NCBI GenBank assembly: GCA_020053105.1
Contig: JAGVNU010000082.1
Span: forward strand, 1,693-65,692
Length of the DNA stretch: 64,000 nucleotides
DNA from: Thermodesulfovibrionia bacterium
GTDB lineage: Bacteria; Nitrospirota; Thermodesulfovibrionia; UBA6902
Reading direction: 5' to 3'
The notes under the pieces are model-generated. The model had not been told where the DNA came from, searched no databases, and saw only the letters and a list, made by a program, of their open reading frames with translations. The number at the start of each line of letters is the position of its first letter. The first letter of the stretch is position 1. This document shows positions 18,359 to 28,220 of the stretch, one piece after another. Made by a program: the position numbers and the translations under genes.

Positions 18359-19807
18359 ATGCCGAAATATGATTTTGACATAGGAATAATCGGGGGCGGC
18401 GCCGGGGGCCTGACAGTCGCTTCAGGGGCCAGCCGGTTCGGCGCTAAAACACTGCTCATCGAAAAGGAGAAGGAACTCGGCGGCGATTGTCTCCACTACG
18501 GGTGCGTCCCGAGCAAGACGCTGATCAGGACAGCCCATGTATATCATATGATGAAAAACGCCCCGAGATTCGGGCTTCCGGCTGTGGACATAAAACCGGT
18601 TGATTACAGGGATGTTGCAAGGCGTATTCAGTACGTGATCGGCGCTATACAGAAACATGATTCTGAAGAGCGGTTCTGCAAACTTGGAGTGAAGGTTGAA
18701 TTCGGCAACCCTGAGTTTATAGATGAACACTCTGTCCGGGTAAACGGCAAAAACTATTCCGCCAGTAAATGGGTGATCGCCACCGGCTCTTCACCTGCAA
18801 TTCCGCCTATAGAAGGCATCTATCAAACCTCCTGCATTACTAATAAAGAAATATTTTCCCTGGACAGTCTGCCCAGATCCATGGCCGTTATCGGGGCAGG
18901 GCCGATCGCGATTGAGATGGCCCAGGCATTTTGCAGGCTGGGGACGAGGGTTTTTGTCATTCAGCGCAGCGGCCAGATATTGAGCAAGGAAGACAAGGAC
19001 ATGGCTGATATCGTAATGAATGTATTGAGCGCTGAGGGAATTGTTTTTCACCTGAATGCAGAGTTGGTAAGCGTTAAGGAATTTGGAGCGGAAAAGGAAG
19101 TGGTCATCAGGAATAAAGACGGGGACACGGAAAGCATCAGGGCTGAGCAGGTCCTTGTTGCGCTCGGCAGGGAAGCAAATGTCAGCGGCCTGAGACTGGA
19201 GAATATTTCACTGGATTTTGACAGGAAAGGGATAAGGGTGGACAACAGGATGCGTACGAACCACCCGCACATCTATGCTGTCGGAGATGTAACAGGAGCA
19301 TATCAGTTTACGCATGCCGCAGGATATGAAGGCGGGATTGCCCTCAGCAGCGCCATTCTGCACCTGCCCAGAAAAGCTGATTATACCTTTCTGCCGTGGT
19401 GCACATTTACAGACCCTGAGCTGGCAAGCATCGGCATGAACGAGAAACGCGCAAAGGAAGCGGGCATTGAATATTCAGTCTGGACAGAGCAGTTCAGTGC
19501 CAATGACAGGGGCCTTGCCGAGGGTGAAGAAGTCGGTCAGGTCAAGCTCATTATTGACAATAACGGCGACCCTGTGGGCGCTCAGATACTCGGGCCGCAG
19601 GCAGGCGAGCTTTTAGGCGAATGGACTGCGATTATAAACGGGAGTGTCAAACTCTCAACCATGGCCTCGGCCGTTCACGCCTATCCGACCCTGGCAGAGA
19701 TTAATAAAAGGGTAGTCGGAAATTATTTTTCAGGGAAGATATTCTCCGGGAAGGTAAAAAAGACGCTGAAGTTTTTTTTCCACTTCAAGGGGAGGGCGTG
19801 CGGGTAA
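18359..19807 (+). CDS. class I pyridine nucleotide-disulfide oxidoreductase (dihydrolipoamide dehydrogenase / MerA-core-like)
   Basis: 482 aa. FAD motif GIIGGGAGG. Redox-active disulfide GGDCLHYGCVPSK. Second Rossmann fold VIGAGPIAIEMAQ. C-terminal dimerisation domain with HAYPT. Confidence 0.8.
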   Translation: MPKYDFDIGIIGGGAGGLTVASGASRFGAKTLLIEKEKELGGDCLHYGCVPSKTLIRTAHVYHMMKNAPRFGLPAVDIKPVDYRDVARRIQYVIGAIQKHDSEERFCKLGVKVEFGNPEFIDEHSVRVNGKNYSASKWVIATGSSPAIPPIEGIYQTSCITNKEIFSLDSLPRSMAVIGAGPIAIEMAQAFCRLGTRVFVIQRSGQILSKEDKDMADIVMNVLSAEGIVFHLNAELVSVKEFGAEKEVVIRNKDGDTESIRAEQVLVALGREANVSGLRLENISLDFDRKGIRVDNRMRTNHPHIYAVGDVTGAYQFTHAAGYEGGIALSSAILHLPRKADYTFLPWCTFTDPELASIGMNEKRAKEAGIEYSVWTEQFSANDRGLAEGEEVGQVKLIIDNNGDPVGAQILGPQAGELLGEWTAIINGSVKLSTMASAVHAYPTLAEINKRVVGNYFSGKIFSGKVKKTLKFFFHFKGRACG

Positions 19808-19947
19808 ACTGTTTCTTCCTTCTGATTCCAAGTCTTTCCGGCTGGAATAAAGATTTCCCTCTCCGATTCTGGATATTTCAAGTCATTAGAGATTGATTTA
19901 ATGTTGCCTGGAAAATAACCGATATTATTATTGTAAGTTAAATTCAA

Positions 19948-21246
19948 TTGGTTTTAATCGGCAATATGGACCAATATAAACATACAAAATTAACATTTGA
20001 TGCAGATCAGAAGTTTGCATTTCAAGATAAAGTACAAGTCTTGGCTGATGAAGTTTTGACTATTGTTAAAGAACTTCATGAGGAGCAGAGATCTCTTGTA
20101 AACAGCAAGCTTATAGCAAAGAAGATGTGTAGCAGAGAGGCAGTTAAGCAAATTCTGGATGATTATGGACAAGACGGTCATGGTAGAGAGGCGAGTAATG
20201 ACCTGTCGAGTCAGTCCGTCGATGATGTATTAGACAGGTTTATTGAACTGCTTCCCTCTTCCATTAGAGAATCTCTTCTTAATATTAAGGCTCAGCATAT
20301 TCCATCAGACTCTGAAGACACGCTGGATATTATAGTTAATATTATAAAAAAACTTTTTGATTCTATTTCGAGCCGTGTCAATGAGCTTGAAAGTATATTA
20401 CAGAAAACAACACATTTTCTCTTTGAGATGGACCAGAATCTGAAGAAAGAAGTATCTTCTGTTGATGGGAAATATCAGGAGAGCATAACGTTGAAGCACA
20501 GTATAATGGATGATGCAAGAATGATAAAACAGAGTTTTGATGTATACAGCGATATCAGCATAATTAAGAAAATAGTGTTTGGGAAAATAGCAAATATTGC
20601 TAAGACTATAGAAGAAAAAAGAGAACAGGAAATGTGCAGGTTAAAAGAGACAAAGAAGACCCTTGAGGAAATCAGCCATAAAATGAGTGATATAGTATGC
20701 GAGGCCGAGGCCATAAGAAGGAGATCTTTTGAATCAGAATTTGAGTCTCTTCAAGACAACCTGACAAAACTCTATAATCGGAAAGCTTATGAATATAAAG
20801 TTGAAGAAACCTTTGCCAATTTGCGCAGGTACAGTATTTCTTCATCATTGCTTATTTGTGATATGGACCATTTTAAGAAAATTAATGATAACTATGGACA
20901 TGGAATAGGCGATCTTGCTTTAATGAAAATAGCACAGATATTTAAAGACAGATTAAGAATAAATGATTTTATATCGAGGTATGGAGGCGATGAATTTGCC
21001 TTCATCTTACCCCACACTTCATTGCCGGAGGCGAAAGAAATTAGTGAGCACATCAGGTCTTTTATTGAAAATACTAGATTCACGTTTAAAAGCAATAAAA
21101 TCATTATTACTGTGAGTATTGGAATAAGCACATTCAAAAAAAGCGATAACGCTTCAACAGTATTTGAAAGAGCAGATGCGGCCCTATATCTGGCAAAAAA
21201 ATCTGGTCGCAATATGGTAAAAATAGAGGATGATGTAGAACAGTAG
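19948..21246 (+). CDS. diguanylate cyclase (coiled-coil N-terminus + GGDEF with I-site)
   Basis: 432 aa. RYGGDEFAF active site, RIND (RxxD) I-site five residues upstream, LYLAKKSGRN tail. N-terminal 250 aa are Glu/Lys-rich helical. Confidence 0.85.
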   Translation: MVLIGNMDQYKHTKLTFDADQKFAFQDKVQVLADEVLTIVKELHEEQRSLVNSKLIAKKMCSREAVKQILDDYGQDGHGREASNDLSSQSVDDVLDRFIELLPSSIRESLLNIKAQHIPSDSEDTLDIIVNIIKKLFDSISSRVNELESILQKTTHFLFEMDQNLKKEVSSVDGKYQESITLKHSIMDDARMIKQSFDVYSDISIIKKIVFGKIANIAKTIEEKREQEMCRLKETKKTLEEISHKMSDIVCEAEAIRRRSFESEFESLQDNLTKLYNRKAYEYKVEETFANLRRYSISSSLLICDMDHFKKINDNYGHGIGDLALMKIAQIFKDRLRINDFISRYGGDEFAFILPHTSLPEAKEISEHIRSFIENTRFTFKSNKIIITVSIGISTFKKSDNASTVFERADAALYLAKKSGRNMVKIEDDVEQ

Positions 21247-21295
21247 CAAATTAGCGTTAAGTTGCGAACGGCCTGAGTGACATTTGTGAACAAGG

Positions 21296-21317
21296 GGGCG
21301 GCCCTGTGAGGCCGCCC
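21296..21317 (+). terminator. perfect GC hairpin (GGGCGGCC-ctgtga-GGCCGCCC) between convergent genes
   Basis: Lies between the GGDEF gene stop (21246) and the cytochrome c stop (21337). No U-tract. Confidence 0.45.
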
Positions 21318-21336
21318 GTAAATAAGCTGGATTATC

Positions 21337-21750
21337 CTAATTACCCTTTCCTTTTTCCTTCATCGGCATATCCTTCATCGGCATTTCATGTTTCATTCCC
21401 ATGCCAAGTGATTTAAGGTAAGCAATCATGTCCTTCATCTCCTGGGACTTTACATCAATCGCCTTGCCTTTGTTGGCAGCGGTTATACATACGTTTATAG
21501 CCTCTTCAAGACTTTTATATGTCCCGGCCGGATTTTTCCATTCTGTCTTGCCCTTCATGCAGGACATTTCCAATCCCTTGCCGTCAGGATGACATGAACT
21601 GCATGACACGCTGCCTCCAAAGGCCTTGGGGTCGTTAAAAAGGGCCTTTCCTCTTTCAGCGTCGCCTCCCATCATGCCGGCTGCAAACACAGCAGAAACG
21701 ATGAACACTACCGCTGACAATGAGATAATAATTATCTTTAACATCTTCAT
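21337..21750 (-). CDS. secreted mono-heme class I cytochrome c with Met-rich C-terminal tail
   Basis: Signal peptide MKMLKIIIISLSAVVFIVSAVFAAG. Single heme site CSSCHPDG. Tail MGMKHEMPMKDMPMKEKGKGN. Confidence 0.75.
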   Translation of the reverse strand: MKMLKIIIISLSAVVFIVSAVFAAGMMGGDAERGKALFNDPKAFGGSVSCSSCHPDGKGLEMSCMKGKTEWKNPAGTYKSLEEAINVCITAANKGKAIDVKSQEMKDMIAYLKSLGMGMKHEMPMKDMPMKEKGKGN

Positions 21751-21926
21751 TCTCCTTCACCTCCCTTCACGTTGAAAGTTGCAATCCGTATGATTGCGTT
21801 CATAAGCGCAAGGATATCACGTTTTGGAGAAATGTCAAGGTCAATTTGGAGAGATTAAAGTTTATGCCCCGCGTGAAGATGGACAGGTCCTGATAAAAAT
21901 CGGCATATGGTCTTTGTGATATAATT

Positions 21927-22715
21927 ATGGTCATGTTGCCGAGCCATCATTATTATGGAAGTCCTGGGACGGCAGCGGGGAAGATGTTCGGAAAGTATCT
22001 GGTACTATCCCTGGTTCCGGTCTGCCTTCTGCTGATTTGCATTATGTCTCCGGCCCCTTTGCACGCCGGGAATGACGTGGTGTTTTTCCGCGATGACTTT
22101 AACAGTCTTGAAAACTGGAAGCCCCTGTTCTTCCCGAAAATAACAGAACACACCGAGTATTCCACTGAAATGGACGGGGGGGAGAGCTACCTTAAGACTG
22201 AAAGCAATGCCTCCGCGTCCGGGATAATTTTCAAGAAGGAGTTCAATGTCCTTGAGTATCCGAAAGTCAGGTGGAGGTGGAAGGTCAGCAACGTGTATAA
22301 GAAAGGCGATGAGGAAAAAAAGTCCGGCGATGACTATCCGCTGAGAGTGTATATAGCCTTTAAATACGATCCTGACACGGCCTCAATCGGCAAGAGGCTT
22401 AAATATGGTCTGATTAAATCAATATACGGTGAATATCCCCCGCACAGCAGTCTGAATTATATATGGGCAAACCGCTGGCATAAAGACAGAATCATTACCA
22501 ATACCTATGCGTCCGAAGTAAAGATGGTGGTCCTTCAGACAGGGAATGAGAATGCGGGCAAATGGATTGAACAGGAAATAAATATTCTGGAGGATTATCA
22601 AAGCGCCTTTGGCGTGGTCCCTCCCGTGACTGCAAGCATCGCAATCATGAATGACTCCGACAATACAAAAGAAAGCTCTGTTTCATATATCGACTATATA
22701 GAAGTGTACAGGTGA
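21927..22715 (+). CDS. secreted DUF3047-like protein
   Basis: 262-aa ORF. The real start may be the internal Met (21984) before the hydrophobic segment KYLVLSLVPVCLLLICIMSPAPLHAG. Motifs WRWKVSNV...GDDYPLRVYIAF recall DUF3047. Family call is from memory. Confidence 0.45.
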   Translation: MVMLPSHHYYGSPGTAAGKMFGKYLVLSLVPVCLLLICIMSPAPLHAGNDVVFFRDDFNSLENWKPLFFPKITEHTEYSTEMDGGESYLKTESNASASGIIFKKEFNVLEYPKVRWRWKVSNVYKKGDEEKKSGDDYPLRVYIAFKYDPDTASIGKRLKYGLIKSIYGEYPPHSSLNYIWANRWHKDRIITNTYASEVKMVVLQTGNENAGKWIEQEINILEDYQSAFGVVPPVTASIAIMNDSDNTKESSVSYIDYIEVYR

Positions 22716-22753
22716 TCCGGCAACCGGGTTGTACTGCCTCGACATGGATAACG

Positions 22754-23359
22754 TCACATCCGGATATTCAGACCGTGTAAAGCGCCGAGCAATTGTTCAT
22801 GGGACACATAATGGATACCGGCAATCCCGAGTGCGGAGGCTGCTTCGGCGTATTCCCTGATGTCGTCGATATAAATACATTCTTCGGGCCCCAGGTTTAA
22901 TTTGCCGAGCGCGTCCATATATATTTTCCTGCCCGGTTTCATTTCTCCGACAACAAACGATAAGGTGACAGCATCAAAAAGATGAAAGCTTTCATTTTTC
23001 CGGATCTCGTGTTCGAAGTCCAATTCATTGGTGTTTGAAAGCAGGGCAAGCTTATAGCTTATCTTTAACTTCCTGATCAGCCGGCTTGTCTCCTCCATCG
23101 GGGTAAAGATATCGGTGAAGGCCTTTATGAAGTCGTCCTGTTTCATCCTCAGACCGCACAACTCGGAAATTTTATAATGGAAATCCTCTGAGGTAATCAA
23201 CCCTGATTCATATTGTACGGGGATGCCTGAGTCTTCATAAATCAGCTTGTGTAATTCAGAAACCGATTTATCACAGAATCCGGATATCCTTTCCAGAAAC
23301 AGGTTGTTGTCGACCCTGGATATTACATTGCCGTAATCAAATATTATTGCCCTGATCAT
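22754..23359 (-). CDS. HAD-superfamily hydrolase (subfamily IA)
   Basis: Motif I MIRAIIFDYGNVI, motif II LALLSNTN, motif III/IV K...YIDDI. Confidence 0.8.
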   Translation of the reverse strand: MIRAIIFDYGNVISRVDNNLFLERISGFCDKSVSELHKLIYEDSGIPVQYESGLITSEDFHYKISELCGLRMKQDDFIKAFTDIFTPMEETSRLIRKLKISYKLALLSNTNELDFEHEIRKNESFHLFDAVTLSFVVGEMKPGRKIYMDALGKLNLGPEECIYIDDIREYAEAASALGIAGIHYVSHEQLLGALHGLNIRM

Positions 23360-23394
23360 GATAAATGATACCTGAGCGGATTATTAATTCCTGA

Positions 23395-25017
23395 CTAAAG
23401 TTGTTTGAAAGAGCTGGAGAATTTATCCAGGGCCATTTTCTGACTGTCGCTTATTTCGATGAACTTAAGCCCCCCCGAATACGGGAACGGCTCTTCTTTC
23501 CCGGCAACAGCTTCCTTAGAGGAGGACCATGCCAGTACCCCGGCAAGCGATATCTCATCTCCATTTGCGGAGAATATTTTTATTTTATATATTATGTCGG
23601 CCCCTAAAGGATGGGAAGCGCTGATACGCGCCCCTCCGATGCTGAGGTCAAGTATTTTTACTGTGCCTGATATATCAAGCTCTGCCCAGCAGCCGTCTCC
23701 TGTCTTGAAACGCCTGTATACCCGCCTGTCTGCGCGGTCCTTTTTTAAAATCGGTTTCACTCTGTCTTCAAGCCTGTGAAGTCTCTTGTTTTCATACATG
23801 AGCGCATCAGCTTTGTTTAAGAGATGATCAATGGAACAAGGACTCTCAGGGTCGTAATGCGCCACGCCTATGCTGAGCAATAATTCATATCTGCGGCCGT
23901 CCTGTTTATTGTGAAGGTTGAACTTCTCCATGACGTGAGCAAGGACGACATCTTCAGCTGGGGTTTCTGCAGGTTCTGTTAAAAGGACGGCAAACTCGTC
24001 TCCGCCTATTCGGGCGATGATGTCCGACTTGCGGAATGCTTTTCTGAGGATGTCTGAGGTATCTATCAGGGCCTCATCACCTGTCTTATGGCCAAGTTCG
24101 TCATTTATGTTCTTGAAACCATCCAGGTCTATATACAGGAGGGACATCTTTCTGCCGTGGCGGTCTGCCAGTCTGCACTGCTGCTCCCCGAGGGTAAAGA
24201 ACCCGCGCCTGTTGAATAACCCTGTCAGGTCGTCGGTGATAGCGGCATCAGCCAGTTTCTTTTCCATCCTTTTGCGTTCAGTGACGTCAATATTATATTC
24301 AATGACCTGGGAAATATTTCTCTGGTCGTCAAATATGGGATACCCGTGGACTTCGACAATTCTCGGATTTCCTGACCTGTCATAATGGATGTGTTCGAGG
24401 ACAGCGCTTTCCCTTGTGTCCAGTACCCTGGTAATAATGCATGGATGCTCGGCGTCTTTGCAGGGGGTGCTTCGTCTATGTGTAAAGGCATAACATGTCT
24501 CCGCCTCGGAGACCCCGTAGAGCCTGGCCGCGGTGTTGGCAAACATGATCGTGTAGTCATCTACATTGATGACATAAAAAGGATGGGTCAAAGAATCAAT
24601 GATAGTAATAAGCAGGTCATTCTGTTTCTCCAGCTGCCGCTCCATCGTATCTTTATATAAAGCTATGTCAATTGCCATTCGTAATTCATATTCATTGAAA
24701 GGCTTTACAATATAACCGAAGGGTCTGGTGGTTTTTATACGCTCCAGGATCTGCCGGTCTGAATATGCCGTGAGATAGATTACGGGGATATGTAATGTTT
24801 TCTGTATTATGTCCCCTGCCTCGACACCGTCCATATCACCTGCAAGGGCTATGTCCATTAACACGAGGTCCGGCCTGGCCTTTGACGCCTGCCTTACCGC
24901 ATTGTCGCCGGTCACCTCAACCGATGTCACAGCATATCCCATGTCATGAATGCTTTTCTGTATCCCTATTGCGGTAACGCCCTCGTCTTCTACGATCATG
25001 ATTCTTTTCTGCTTCAT
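23395..25017 (-). CDS. response regulator with REC-PAS-GGDEF-PilZ architecture (diguanylate cyclase with fused c-di-GMP-binding domain)
   Basis: REC: MIVEDEGVTA...LVLMDIALAGDMDG...KPF. GGDEF: RIGGDEFAV with RKSD I-site. C-terminal PilZ: RRVYRRF...DLSIGGARI. Start overlaps the histidine kinase stop by 4 nt. Confidence 0.85.
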   Translation of the reverse strand: MKQKRIMIVEDEGVTAIGIQKSIHDMGYAVTSVEVTGDNAVRQASKARPDLVLMDIALAGDMDGVEAGDIIQKTLHIPVIYLTAYSDRQILERIKTTRPFGYIVKPFNEYELRMAIDIALYKDTMERQLEKQNDLLITIIDSLTHPFYVINVDDYTIMFANTAARLYGVSEAETCYAFTHRRSTPCKDAEHPCIITRVLDTRESAVLEHIHYDRSGNPRIVEVHGYPIFDDQRNISQVIEYNIDVTERKRMEKKLADAAITDDLTGLFNRRGFFTLGEQQCRLADRHGRKMSLLYIDLDGFKNINDELGHKTGDEALIDTSDILRKAFRKSDIIARIGGDEFAVLLTEPAETPAEDVVLAHVMEKFNLHNKQDGRRYELLLSIGVAHYDPESPCSIDHLLNKADALMYENKRLHRLEDRVKPILKKDRADRRVYRRFKTGDGCWAELDISGTVKILDLSIGGARISASHPLGADIIYKIKIFSANGDEISLAGVLAWSSSKEAVAGKEEPFPYSGGLKFIEISDSQKMALDKFSSSFKQL

Positions 25018-27275
25018 GACTCCCTCCTCAGAAAGGTCATTTCAAATCTGGCACCGTTGTCGTTATATAATTTCAGTTCTCCCTGCACCTGTCTTACGAG
25101 GGCGTCGACCAGGGTCAGGCCCAGTGAAGCGGATTTCCTGTTATCTATATCATCCGGAACACCCACCCCGTTGTCTGAAACCGACAGTCTCACTTCGCCT
25201 CTCCCGTTCAACGCTATATCAACTTTTATCTCTCCCTGTCTTAATTCCGGAAAGGCGTGCTTCATGGCATTTGAGACCAGTTCATTTATGATTAAACCCA
25301 AGGGAATGGCATCGTCGATGCTAAGGGTAATGTCCTGAATATCCGTCCTGACAGCGATCCTTCCGTTATCGGCCGCATATGATGAGGATATTTCTTTCAG
25401 AATGTCGCTGAGAAAATCGGCGGCATTTATTTTAGACATGTCTCCGGACTGGTAAAGTTTTTCATGGATAATGGCCATGGCCTTTATCCGGGCACATGCC
25501 TCATCGAATATCTGCCGGTCCTGTTTGTCCCTGATGAGTTTTGCGTGCAATGCCAGCATACTGGAAATCACGGTCATATTGTTTTTGACCCGATGGTGAA
25601 TTTCCCTCAGCAGGACATCTTTTTCTTTGAGGGAGGACCTTATCTGGTTTTCCACCCGCTTGCGCTCGCTGATGTCCCTGATGAAACTGAGATGCACCTT
25701 AATCCCGTTATATTTATACAAGCGCACGTTTACTTCTACGGGCATCACGGTCCCGTCCTTTCTGATATGAGCAGACTCGAATATGGCAAAGCCCTGTTCA
25801 CGTATCCGGGCAAGCCGCTCATGGACTTTGGCAGTGAACTCCGGAGTGCCCAGCTCACTTATGTGCATGGAGAGAAGTTCCTCTTTTGTGTATCCGAGAC
25901 GCGTATATGCGATGCTGTTGACATCGATGAAGTTCCCCTCGAGGTCAAGAATAAAAATGGCATCCGTGGCAGATTCGAACAAATCACGATATTTCGCTTC
26001 GCTGTCCTTCAGCGCTACGTTGGAATTGGACAGGTCTTTTGTGCGGTCTTCCACCTTTTGTTCAAGTTCATCATTCGCTATTTTCAGTTTCTCTTCCGCT
26101 TTTTTACGTTTTACCACATTTACGGAAATTATAATCAGAGAAATGACCAGGATAGAGAAAGCACTCAAGACAGACCAGACCAACCACTTATACTCCCGGT
26201 AAAAAGAAGACGGCCTGTCGATGACCTCGCTCCCTTCAGGCAGGTCCTTTTCGTCTATGCCGAAACGGGTCAACTGTTTATAATCAAACATCAGGGTATT
26301 GATGCTTTCTTTATAAACAGGCAGACTGCTCACCGGCTTGCCCCGCAAAATATCGGAGGCCATTTGAGCGGCCTTCCGGCCATGGGAATAGCCGTTCACC
26401 AGTTTTCCCCCGACAACTCCCAGTCCAAGGATTTCATTATAATGTGTGTAGATGGGAAGTTTGGATACAGAGGAAATCTGTGGCACTGCAATCTCCTGGC
26501 TTATATATTCTCCCCGGCTACGTAAAAAGTCGGAGTAATACACAATACTCTTTTCCGGTAATTGCCTGAGGTTGTCGAGCAGTTCCTGCAGTGTCAGGCC
26601 TGTGTTATCTTTGTCCAGAAACACGAACTCTGCCCGCCCTTCGTATTCGCCGGCCAATTGTTCCAGGATTTTTCTGTTGGCATTTCCGGTTTCGCTTGTG
26701 TCCGTGATAATTGCAATTTTATTAGCCTCCGGATGCAGCTTAAGGGCGATATCAACATTTGCCTTCTTGTCCAGAAATTCTATTACCCCGGTAACAAGGT
26801 CATGTCCGGCAAGCATTGTACCTTCAAAATTATTGACACCGCAAAATACAATGGGTGTGCCGGGGAACAATTCATTGTGATGCTTCAGCAGGAACTGAAA
26901 GGCATTATCATCCGAAGAGATGATCATGTCCGGCTTCTTTTCACTGTATTTGTCTTTATACATATCATGTAATCGGGTCAAATATTTACCTTTAAGGCCG
27001 TCGAAGTATCTCTTGGTATCCATGTATTCAACGTGTATTTCAATAAACGGGTCATATTTATTGAACACTGAGTGTATACCCTTCATTATGTCATCGGTCC
27101 AGACCAGACCATCATGGTAGGAATGAAGCACAAGAATTTCTTTTGTTTCAGCCGCATTGCCCCTGGTTAAAAAAGATAGTACTAAAAAAGCTGCCAGGCA
27201 TATAATCATGATGAAATGATTGCGTCTGGTGTTTTCACACGAAGGGTATATTGATTTATTGTCCCTAGAAAGCAT
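25014..27275 (-). CDS. sensor histidine kinase: periplasmic ABC-substrate-binding-like domain, TM, PAS, HisKA_2/HATPase
   Basis: 753 aa. N-terminal signal/TM plus a 330-aa periplasmic domain, second TM (WLVWSVLSAFSILVISLIIISV), PAS repeats, H-box IHHRVKNNM (HisKA_2 type), ATPase G-boxes SDNGVGV/SLGLTL. Confidence 0.85.
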   Translation of the reverse strand: MLSRDNKSIYPSCENTRRNHFIMIICLAAFLVLSFLTRGNAAETKEILVLHSYHDGLVWTDDIMKGIHSVFNKYDPFIEIHVEYMDTKRYFDGLKGKYLTRLHDMYKDKYSEKKPDMIISSDDNAFQFLLKHHNELFPGTPIVFCGVNNFEGTMLAGHDLVTGVIEFLDKKANVDIALKLHPEANKIAIITDTSETGNANRKILEQLAGEYEGRAEFVFLDKDNTGLTLQELLDNLRQLPEKSIVYYSDFLRSRGEYISQEIAVPQISSVSKLPIYTHYNEILGLGVVGGKLVNGYSHGRKAAQMASDILRGKPVSSLPVYKESINTLMFDYKQLTRFGIDEKDLPEGSEVIDRPSSFYREYKWLVWSVLSAFSILVISLIIISVNVVKRKKAEEKLKIANDELEQKVEDRTKDLSNSNVALKDSEAKYRDLFESATDAIFILDLEGNFIDVNSIAYTRLGYTKEELLSMHISELGTPEFTAKVHERLARIREQGFAIFESAHIRKDGTVMPVEVNVRLYKYNGIKVHLSFIRDISERKRVENQIRSSLKEKDVLLREIHHRVKNNMTVISSMLALHAKLIRDKQDRQIFDEACARIKAMAIIHEKLYQSGDMSKINAADFLSDILKEISSSYAADNGRIAVRTDIQDITLSIDDAIPLGLIINELVSNAMKHAFPELRQGEIKVDIALNGRGEVRLSVSDNGVGVPDDIDNRKSASLGLTLVDALVRQVQGELKLYNDNGARFEMTFLRRES

Positions 27276-27452
27276 AATTTTGGAATAACCCCTAGTAAAT
27301 TATATCATCAAAATATTCTTTTGCAAAATGGACTTGATGGAATTTGTAATTATAGTATTAAGCGTTATACTTATTATTACAATAAGATGAATTCGTGAAA
27401 TAATCGATAAAAATTCGAGAACAAATATTGTATGGTCTGCTAATATAGACCG

Positions 27453-28220
27453 ATGCCTACTATCCTTGTGACAAATGATGACGGGATATCATCGCCCGGT
27501 ATCAAGGTCCTTTCAAAAACGCTCAGGTCCATCGGCGATGTTTATGTCGTGGCCCCGGAGACTGAGCAGAGCGCTGTTGCACATGCCCTTACATTGCACA
27601 GGCCATTGAGATCTGAAAGGGTAGGCGGCAATACTTATTATGTAAACGGCACACCCACGGACTGCGTCATTATCGGCGTCAATAAAATACTGCCTCACAG
27701 GCCGGACATTATTGTTTCAGGAATAAATAACGGGGCAAACATAGGGGATGACATAAGTTATTCAGGCACAGTTGCTGCGGCGATTGAGGGGACCCTGCTG
27801 GGCGTGCCGTCGATTGCCGTCTCACTTGTAAGAGATGACCGGAAAAACGGGGTCGCCCGGAAGAGCGCCTCAAAATTTAAGGCCGCGGCTGATTTCGCAA
27901 AAGAGCTTGCATTGAAAGTCCTTGATAAAGGACTGCCGGACAACACCCTGCTGAACATAAACGTCCCTAACAGCGCCCGGATTAATGGCGTGAAAATTAC
28001 AAAACAGGGCAAGCTCGTTTATGACAGCTCTATTCAGGAACTACACGATCCAAGGGGAAATGAGTATTACTGGATAGGAGGAGGCATACCGCAGTGGGAA
28101 CCTGGAGAGAATACCGACTTTGAGGCCATCAAAGGGGGCCATATCTCGGTCACCCCGGTGCATCTCGACCTGACAAACCACGAAGCTATTAAATATCTCA
28201 AAGAGAACTGGGAAATATGA
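27453..28220 (+). CDS. surE: 5'/3'-nucleotidase SurE
   Basis: ILVTNDDGISSPGI and GTPTDCV signatures. Confidence 0.95.
   Translation: MPTILVTNDDGISSPGIKVLSKTLRSIGDVYVVAPETEQSAVAHALTLHRPLRSERVGGNTYYVNGTPTDCVIIGVNKILPHRPDIIVSGINNGANIGDDISYSGTVAAAIEGTLLGVPSIAVSLVRDDRKNGVARKSASKFKAAADFAKELALKVLDKGLPDNTLLNINVPNSARINGVKITKQGKLVYDSSIQELHDPRGNEYYWIGGGIPQWEPGENTDFEAIKGGHISVTPVHLDLTNHEAIKYLKENWEI

Noticed and set aside
25464-26525. 353-aa plus-strand ORF
   Set aside because: It is antisense to the sensor histidine kinase, with no start context or motifs.
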